From Coprobacillaceae bacterium (lineage in GTDB: Bacteria > Bacillota_I > Bacilli_A > Erysipelotrichales > Coprobacillaceae), in NCBI GenBank assembly GCA_963675915.1, contig OY780959.1:240001-272000 (forward strand): a DNA stretch of 32,000 nt. Direction: 5' to 3'. The translations under genes were made by a program, and so were the position numbers. The notes under the pieces are model-generated. The model was not told where the DNA came from, did no database searches, and was given only the letters and a program-made list of their open reading frames with translations. Below, one piece after another: positions 25,932 to 32,000 of the stretch; within the stretch, counting starts at the first letter, position 1; every line of letters starts with the position of its first letter.

Positions 25932-27356
25932 ATGAATGAACCGTTGAAATTGAAGTGGCATTCTCTGTATGGACAAATACTCCAGGACAGGAAAATACTA
26001 GAAGCATGGAAGCAGGTAAAAGCAAATCATGGAAGTGGAGGGATTGATGGGGTAACCATTGAACGCTTCATGGAAAATGAACAAGACAATTTGGACAAGC
26101 TACTGGAAGAACTGAGATTAAAGGAATATAGACCAATCCCTGTAAGGCGAGTATATATCCCTAAGAAAAACGGAAAGAGAAGACCATTGGGAATACCAAT
26201 AGTCAAAGATCGGATAGTTCAGCAGGTGCTAACCAATATCCTAACCCCAAAATATGAGGCCGGTATATTCCATCACTGGTCAGTTGGCTACCGCCCGAAT
26301 CGTGGTGTCGACAGTGCCATGCAGATTATCATCAAGAACATCGAGGAAGGAAGAAACTGGATATACGATTGTGATATCAAAGGGTTCTTCGATAACATTC
26401 CCCATAAAAAGTTGATGAAGGTATTGAATAAATGCATCGCTGATGGGACTGTTCTTGATTTGATTTGGTCATGGCTCAAAGCGGGATACATGGAAGACGG
26501 TAAACATATGCAAAGCAAAAGTGGAACACCGCAAGGTGGCGTTATTTCACCTCTACTTGCAAACATCTACCTGAACGAACTGGATTGGAAGTTGCACGAG
26601 GCAAAGATTCACTTCGTGCGTTATGCCGATGATTTTCTCTTGTTTGCGAAAACAGAAGAAGAAATTGAGCGGGCAGGAAAGATAGCCAGAGAAGTGATTC
26701 AATCATTGGGATTGGAAATGGCTATGGACAAAACCAAAGTGGTAGACTTTAAAAATGATGATTTTACCTTTCTTGGATTTGACTTCAAACACTGGAGGAA
26801 AAACAAGAAAGGTGAAGACTACTATTTCATAGTTCCCACCGCCAATTCACTCAAAGACTTCAAAAAGAAAATCAAGGACAAGACGCAAAGAAAGTGGACA
26901 TTTTCTCAGGATAAATGGGTAAGCATGCTTAATCCGATTATAGTTGGTAAAGTCAATTACTACCTGAACGTCTACAAAGCACTTAAAATATTCAAGAAGC
27001 ACAACTACAAAACCCATTGCGACATAAATCTAATGGGAAGGGAACTAAATACAATTGACAAGTATATTCGCCAAAGGCTGAGAATGTGCATGCTGCATAA
27101 ACATCCGACAATCAGGAAAGCGTTTGGAATGACGGTTAAATGGAATATAGCATTCTTTGCGATGATTGGTTTGAAACCGGCATACTGGCACTATTTCAAT
27201 ACCATGTATGGATATCCAATTGAAATATATGTTCAAAGACAACAGGGTATCAACAAAGAAGTAACGAAAAACAGAGTGGAACAGTGCAGGAAAGCCGGAA
27301 TCAAGTATTACACGAAAGAAAGAAACAAGAAAATAGCCTACTCTTTTAGCAAGTAG
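25932..27356 (+). CDS. group II intron reverse transcriptase/maturase (paralog of 13949-15373)
   Basis: 474 aa. The first ~300 aa are identical to copy A. The last ~170 aa are strongly diverged, at equal length. Confidence 0.9.
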   Translation: MNEPLKLKWHSLYGQILQDRKILEAWKQVKANHGSGGIDGVTIERFMENEQDNLDKLLEELRLKEYRPIPVRRVYIPKKNGKRRPLGIPIVKDRIVQQVLTNILTPKYEAGIFHHWSVGYRPNRGVDSAMQIIIKNIEEGRNWIYDCDIKGFFDNIPHKKLMKVLNKCIADGTVLDLIWSWLKAGYMEDGKHMQSKSGTPQGGVISPLLANIYLNELDWKLHEAKIHFVRYADDFLLFAKTEEEIERAGKIAREVIQSLGLEMAMDKTKVVDFKNDDFTFLGFDFKHWRKNKKGEDYYFIVPTANSLKDFKKKIKDKTQRKWTFSQDKWVSMLNPIIVGKVNYYLNVYKALKIFKKHNYKTHCDINLMGRELNTIDKYIRQRLRMCMLHKHPTIRKAFGMTVKWNIAFFAMIGLKPAYWHYFNTMYGYPIEIYVQRQQGINKEVTKNRVEQCRKAGIKYYTKERNKKIAYSFSK

Positions 27357-27394
27357 ACTATAATCATTCATAAAATCAGATTTAGTAAATTGGT

Positions 27395-27427
27395 AAGCCG
27401 TATGCGTTAATAGCGCATGTGCGGTTT
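27395..27427 (+). ncRNA. group II intron domain V (copy C)
   Basis: Identical to 15412-15444. Confidence 0.8.
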
Positions 27428-27570
27428 GATAAGGGGCTAGCTTAGAAATAAGTTAGCCTACTTTATTTTGTCTTTTTGGGTATTTTGGCGGATGTTACGG
27501 TAACGTAATTTTTATGCTTGTAAATACAATCGAATTATAAAATATGGTATAATGAATCAAGGTGATGCAA

Positions 27571-30500
27571 ATGAAGGGGAACATAAATGTTGTAACCAGT
27601 TATTCGTTTCAAAAAAGTACTGTTTTGATTACGGAACTGGTCCAAAAAGCTAAACAAATGAATATCGGGGTTTTGGGGATCTGCGACATCGACAACATGT
27701 ATGGAGCCCTGGAGTTTTATCATGCTTGCGAGCGTGAAGACATCAAGGCAATCATTGGCCTTCAGGCCACAGTGGCAATCGAGGGTGAAAAATACCCGTT
27801 GCTGCTCTATGCCCGTAACTATCAGGGGTATCTCGAGCTGGTCAAGATCACATCGATCATCAATATCGCCCCGGAGCGTGCGATTGACATCGAACAACTG
27901 GCCGATATCGCCAAAAATCTGTTTGTGGTCGGCGGTGATTACAACGGTCTGATTGCTACGGCGCTCAAGCGGATGCTGATTGAAAAAACGGTCTCTAACA
28001 TCAGGATGTTCAAACGGTTGTTTGGCGAGGCGTTTTTTATCGGTATTTCAGCTTCGCTGGTCGAACTTGAAAACAAGATCAATGCCCAGCTGATCAAACT
28101 GGCCCATCGAGAGGCGGTTGGCCTGCTGGGATACAACAAGGTGAAATATCTTGAATACGAAGATGCTTTCGCCATCGATTTGATGGAAGCCAGTGAAAAA
28201 GGGGCCAAGCTTGAACTTTCCAGCGAACCCTATAATCCCTGCTATTATCTCAAGGATCTGACCACTGTCAGCTCGATGTTCCTGCCTGAAATAAATGATA
28301 ATGTCGACTGGCTGATCGACAACTGCAATCTCGACCTTTCCAAGATGGAGATGCATTTGCCAAGATTCCCGCTAAAACCAAATCAGGAAGCCAAGAAATA
28401 TCTCGACATCCTCTGTCATGTGGGACTTAAAAAGCGTTTCAACAATCAAATCACGCCGCGCTATCTTCAGCGGCTTGAATATGAACTGGAAATCATCAAC
28501 AAGATGGGATTCGACGATTATTTCCTGATTGTCTATGATTATGTCCAGTTTGCCAAGAAAAACAATATTCTGGTCGGACCGGGCCGGGGATCGGCGGCCG
28601 GATCGCTCGTTTCCTACTGTCTGGGGATCACCAATATTGATCCGATCAAATACGATTTGCTGTTTGAACGGTTCTTGAATGTCGACCGGATTTCGATGCC
28701 GGATATCGATATCGATTTCCAGGACACCCGAAGGGATGAAGTGGTCAACTACGTGATTGAAAAATACGGAATCGACCATGTGGCCGGAATCGTGACTTTC
28801 ACTACCTATGGTCCAAGAGTGGCTATCAAGGATCTAGGCAAGGTGATGGGGCTCTCACTGCCATATTTGGAAATGGTGGCCAAACAGGTGCCGACCAATC
28901 CCAAGAACCGCAAATCGATCATGGAAGTCTATCGCAGCTCCAATCATTTCGCCTCGATGATCGACCGCAATCCGGCGATGTATCGGATTTTGCGCAGTTG
29001 TGCTTTGGTTGAAAAGATTCCCAAGAACGCCTCGACCCATGCGGCGGGAATTGTGCTTTCTTCAAGCAATCTGCTTGATATTGCGCCAATTGGCATCAAC
29101 GGTGATTATCGGGTGATCCAGTATTCCAAAGATTACATCGAGGAAGCCGGATTTTTGAAAATGGACTTTCTGGGACTGCGAAACCTCAGTGTGATTCAGT
29201 CGATCACCAATCAGGTTTACCAGAACCGGGGGATTAATATCAATGTCAACCAGCTTGACTTCAATGACAAGAAGACCTTCAATCTGTTATCTCAAGGCAA
29301 TACCCTGGGGATATTCCAGCTGGAGTCAGCCGGTATGACCGACCTTGTCAAGAAAATGCGGATTTCTTCCCTTGACGATATCATTGCCGCAATTGCGCTT
29401 TATCGTCCCGGTCCGATGGAAAACATTCCCGATTATCTGGCCCGCAAAACCGGGCAGCAGCCGGTTGATTACATCATCGATGATTTAAAACCGATTTTGC
29501 AGTCGACTTATGGGATAATGATCTATCAGGAACAAATCATGCTGGCTGTTCAAAAAATCGCCTCGTTTTCTCTTTCCAAGGCGGACAAGCTGCGCAAGGC
29601 GATGTCGAAAAAGCAAGCTTCATATATGATCGAACTCAGGGATGAATATATCCAGGGAGCGCTTCGCAATGGCTATACTAATGAACAGGCGACCAGATCG
29701 TTTGAGACGATTCTCAAATTCGCCAACTACGGTTTCAACAAGGCCCACAGTGTCTCATATGCCTATATCGCTTATTATCTCGCTTATCTCAAAGCCAATT
29801 TCCCGACCGAATTCTACAGTGCCATTTTGACCAATGAGGCCGGGAACAAAAAGACAATCATCAAGGCGATGAATGAGTGTCGCAAACTCAATATTTCAAT
29901 CCTGCCCCCTTCAATCAACTATTCTTATGATTACTTCAAGGTTGAAGGAAATAATATCCGTTATTCCCTGACGGCAATCAAAAACGTCGGGCGGGCGTTT
30001 TACCAGCGGCTTGAACAGGCCCGTGAAGACGGTCCGTTTTTGAATATCGATGATTTCATTTTTAGGATGGATAATAAAATCAACTCCCAGACGATGATGG
30101 CACTGATTGATGCGGGGTGTTTCCACGAATTCAATCATCCGCCCCATGAAATCAAGGAGAATCTCTTCGCCCATGTCGCCAAGTTCGAAAATGTGAAGAA
30201 ATTCAACCTCGACAAGATTGCAGCTGACGATCTCGAAGTGGCCTACAAGGATGAATGGAACGACCGCAAACAAAATGCAATCAATCTGGAATTGGAAAAA
30301 CAGGCCTTGGGTATCTATCTTACCGCCCATCCGCTGACCAAGTTGAAACAGTCAAGACATGTCGAGACCGATATTATTGATCTGACCAGCCACATCGATA
30401 AAAAGGTAAGAGTACTGATGACTTTGACCAGAGTCAAGGTCATTCAAGATCGAAACGGAAACAACATGGCCTTTATCGAGGGTCAGGACGAGACCGGAGG

Positions 30501-30639
30501 GATTTCCGGTGTTCTGTTTTTTGAAGCCTATCAGCGGTTTGCGAAACTGTTGGTACGGGGGACCAATCTGATTGTCGAGGGCCGGGTGGACAATTCCCGG
30601 GAACTCCAGATTGTAGTCCAAACGATAAACCATGTCTAA
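27571..30639 (+). CDS. dnaE: DNA polymerase III alpha subunit, DnaE type
   Basis: About 1022 aa. ATG 27571 follows AAGGTGA; the track start GTG 27562 and ATG 27565 are in frame. Motifs: GPGRGSAAGSLV.Y.LGIT.IDP, LLFERFLN..R..MPDID.DF, FLGL.NL, LFQ.ES.GM, ALYRPGP, and a C-terminal OB fold. Confidence 0.93.
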   Translation: MKGNINVVTSYSFQKSTVLITELVQKAKQMNIGVLGICDIDNMYGALEFYHACEREDIKAIIGLQATVAIEGEKYPLLLYARNYQGYLELVKITSIINIAPERAIDIEQLADIAKNLFVVGGDYNGLIATALKRMLIEKTVSNIRMFKRLFGEAFFIGISASLVELENKINAQLIKLAHREAVGLLGYNKVKYLEYEDAFAIDLMEASEKGAKLELSSEPYNPCYYLKDLTTVSSMFLPEINDNVDWLIDNCNLDLSKMEMHLPRFPLKPNQEAKKYLDILCHVGLKKRFNNQITPRYLQRLEYELEIINKMGFDDYFLIVYDYVQFAKKNNILVGPGRGSAAGSLVSYCLGITNIDPIKYDLLFERFLNVDRISMPDIDIDFQDTRRDEVVNYVIEKYGIDHVAGIVTFTTYGPRVAIKDLGKVMGLSLPYLEMVAKQVPTNPKNRKSIMEVYRSSNHFASMIDRNPAMYRILRSCALVEKIPKNASTHAAGIVLSSSNLLDIAPIGINGDYRVIQYSKDYIEEAGFLKMDFLGLRNLSVIQSITNQVYQNRGININVNQLDFNDKKTFNLLSQGNTLGIFQLESAGMTDLVKKMRISSLDDIIAAIALYRPGPMENIPDYLARKTGQQPVDYIIDDLKPILQSTYGIMIYQEQIMLAVQKIASFSLSKADKLRKAMSKKQASYMIELRDEYIQGALRNGYTNEQATRSFETILKFANYGFNKAHSVSYAYIAYYLAYLKANFPTEFYSAILTNEAGNKKTIIKAMNECRKLNISILPPSINYSYDYFKVEGNNIRYSLTAIKNVGRAFYQRLEQAREDGPFLNIDDFIFRMDNKINSQTMMALIDAGCFHEFNHPPHEIKENLFAHVAKFENVKKFNLDKIAADDLEVAYKDEWNDRKQNAINLELEKQALGIYLTAHPLTKLKQSRHVETDIIDLTSHIDKKVRVLMTLTRVKVIQDRNGNNMAFIEGQDETGGISGVLFFEAYQRFAKLLVRGTNLIVEGRVDNSRELQIVVQTINHV

Positions 30640-30651
30640 AAGGAGAATATG

Positions 30652-32000
30652 ATGGATAGAATTATTTTAATAGATGGAAACAGTTTGCTGTATCGGGCGT
30701 ACTTTGCTACGGCAGCGATGGGCAATCTGATGATGAACAAGGACGGAGTTCCGACCAATGCGGTATACGGCTTTTCAAATATGATGGAGTCGCTGCTGCG
30801 CCAGGAACCTAAATACATCATGGTCGCCTTTGATTATGGCAAGAAAACTTTTAGAAATGATCTTTTCGACGTCTACAAGGACAACCGTTCAGCGGCACCG
30901 GATGAACTGGTGGTTCAGTTCTCGATGGTAAGAGAATATCTTGAAGCCCATGGGGTCGCTTTTCAGGAAGTCGAAGGATATGAGGGTGATGATGTCATCG
31001 GGACAGTAGCTACGAAACTGGCCCAAGAAGGTATTCAGGTGGATATCGTTACCAGCGACAAGGACATGCTTCAACTGATTGATGAAAATGTCCATATTCA
31101 TCTGACTAAAAAAGGAGTCAACAATATCAAGGTCATGGATGTCGCCGCATTTAAGGAAGAGTACGGACTGATGCCTGATCGGATGCGGGATATCAAAGGG
31201 CTGATGGGTGACAAGGCCGACAACATTCCGGGGATTCCCGGAGTAGGTGAAAAAACCGCGCTCAAGCTACTTCACCAGTATGACACGATTGAAAATCTGG
31301 TGGCCAACACCCATGAACTCAAAGGCAAACTGAAGGAAAAAGTGGAAAACAACACCGATATCGCCCTGCTTTCCAAAAAAATCGCCACCATCATCACTGA
31401 TGTCCCAATCGAAATCGATATGGATGCCTATGAATATACCGGGTATGATTATGACAAACTGGCGGCTTTCTACAAACGCTATGACATGAACTCGCTTTTA
31501 AAGAAAATGGGAGTCAAACAAACAACCAAACCGGAGACCTTCGATTACGAGGTGGTCAGCTCAATGCCGACGGGGTTAAAGTCATTCGCACTGGCTGTGG
31601 CCATTTACGATGGCAATTACCATAAATCACCGGTTTTGGGTTTCGGTCTGATTGAAGATGACAAAGCTTACTATATTTCTTATCAGGATGCTGTCAATGA
31701 CGCTGGTTTCAAAAAACTGCTCGCAGATGAAAATGTCAAAAAGACGGTTTATGACAAGAAGAAAGTCAAACTGGCACTTAGATGGAATGGTTTGGAAATA
31801 AACGGGATTGATTTCGATTTGCAACTTGCTGCATACATCCTCAATCCGGCGACCAAGGACGAAATCAAACATGTGGTCGACCAGTATGCCGACCTGCCGC
31901 TTGATTATGATGAAAACGTTTATGGCAAGGGTGCCAAGAAACATATTCCTGAAGACCCGATTCTTGCCAGACATCTTTGCATGCAGGCCAAGGGGATCAA
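30652..32000 (+). CDS. polA: DNA polymerase I, 5' part (5'-nuclease domain and start of the 3'-5' exonuclease-like domain); runs off the window
   Basis: Open frame from ATG 30652 (or 30649) to the window end, preceded by AAGGAG, 12 nt after the dnaE stop. Motifs: LIDGNSLLYRAYFA, DxxKTFR, TSDKDMLQL, GD..DNIPG.PGVGEKTA.KLL. Not in the ORF track because no stop is reached. Confidence 0.9.
   Translation, partial: MDRIILIDGNSLLYRAYFATAAMGNLMMNKDGVPTNAVYGFSNMMESLLRQEPKYIMVAFDYGKKTFRNDLFDVYKDNRSAAPDELVVQFSMVREYLEAHGVAFQEVEGYEGDDVIGTVATKLAQEGIQVDIVTSDKDMLQLIDENVHIHLTKKGVNNIKVMDVAAFKEEYGLMPDRMRDIKGLMGDKADNIPGIPGVGEKTALKLLHQYDTIENLVANTHELKGKLKEKVENNTDIALLSKKIATIITDVPIEIDMDAYEYTGYDYDKLAAFYKRYDMNSLLKKMGVKQTTKPETFDYEVVSSMPTGLKSFALAVAIYDGNYHKSPVLGFGLIEDDKAYYISYQDAVNDAGFKKLLADENVKKTVYDKKKVKLALRWNGLEINGIDFDLQLAAYILNPATKDEIKHVVDQYADLPLDYDENVYGKGAKKHIPEDPILARHLCMQAKGI

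Larger units (their letters stand above)
25288..27466 (+). mobile_element. group II intron copy C (family 1), uninterrupted, 2179 bp
   Basis: 5' GTGCGAC, RT/maturase ORF, domain V at 27395-27427, domain VI hairpin 27435-27458 with unpaired A at 27460, and 3' end ...CTTTAT at 27466. Confidence 0.85.

Noticed and set aside
13949-27356. Three reverse-transcriptase genes considered as possible retron, DGR, Abi or defence-associated RT systems
   Set aside because: Each RT is embedded in a complete group II intron context. That context comprises a structured 5' region, a maturase X domain with the (V/I)NYY motif, a canonical domain V with a 2-nt bulge and domain VI with an unpaired A about 6 nt from the 3' end. 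There is no msr/msd-like repeat pair, no DGR template/variable repeat pair and no adjacent effector genes.
27545-27553. Extended -10 element TGgTATAAT upstream of dnaE as its promoter
   Set aside because: The predicted start (~27560) would leave the AAGGTGA RBS at the extreme 5' end of the mRNA, and no -35 box lies at proper spacing. It is plausible but too uncertain to list as a feature. dnaE may instead be transcribed from upstream, including through the intron.
27571-27800. DnaE PHP domain lacks the usual metal ligands (NVVTSYS instead of HxHxHS, CDIDN instead of TDH, IIGLQ instead of IIG.E)
   Set aside because: From memory, DnaE proteins of PolC-containing low-GC Gram-positives such as Bacillus subtilis already have a divergent PHP domain at several of these positions. 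Without an alignment this is probably lineage-typical rather than unusual.
1-32000. Search for CRISPR arrays, tRNA or rRNA genes and short tandem repeat arrays
   Set aside because: By eye I found no regularly spaced direct repeats with unique spacers, no cloverleaf-like or rRNA-like segments, and no tandem arrays. The only long repeats are the intron copies.

Overview
This is a chromosomal segment typical of a low-GC Gram-positive (Bacillota-like) organism using the standard genetic code (TGA is a stop). It is mostly housekeeping genes on the + strand. In order: a Tyr T-box-controlled DAHP synthase, map, rpsU, phoH, htrA, ferredoxin, cmk-der-gpsA, yceD-rpmF, a short division/cell-wall cluster (mraZ-rsmH-ftsL-class B PBP), a CBS/CorC membrane protein, a RumA-like protein, an EamA transporter, dnaE and the 5' part of polA. 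The accessory content is all mobile DNA. There are three group II introns from two lineages. Copies A (9984-15483) and C (25288-27466) belong to one family. Copy B (22382-24272) is a different, class-C-like intron. Each sits directly after a hairpin plus TTTT at the end of a host gene. Copy A is split by a 3315-bp transposon (10311-13625) with TGT...ACA ends, imperfect terminal inverted repeats and a 6-bp target duplication. Copy C preserves the uninterrupted target site. The transposon carries four ORFs: a Cys-rich 184-aa protein, a Mu/TnsB/TniA-type DDE transposase, an AAA+ (TniB/ExeA-like) ATPase and a 102-aa orphan. I recognise no resolvase, TnsA or TniQ, and consider this the least-described item in the window. 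Other points worth a second look are mosaic divergence between intron copies A and C, a RumA-family protein whose methyltransferase catalytic motifs all appear substituted, a phased GTGG repeat array at the mraZ promoter, and a map terminator embedded in the last codons of the convergent aroF. I see no CRISPR array, tRNA/rRNA gene or recognisable defence operon. All three reverse transcriptases are intron maturases, not retron/DGR/defence RTs. All homology statements come from reading motifs by eye; no searches were run.
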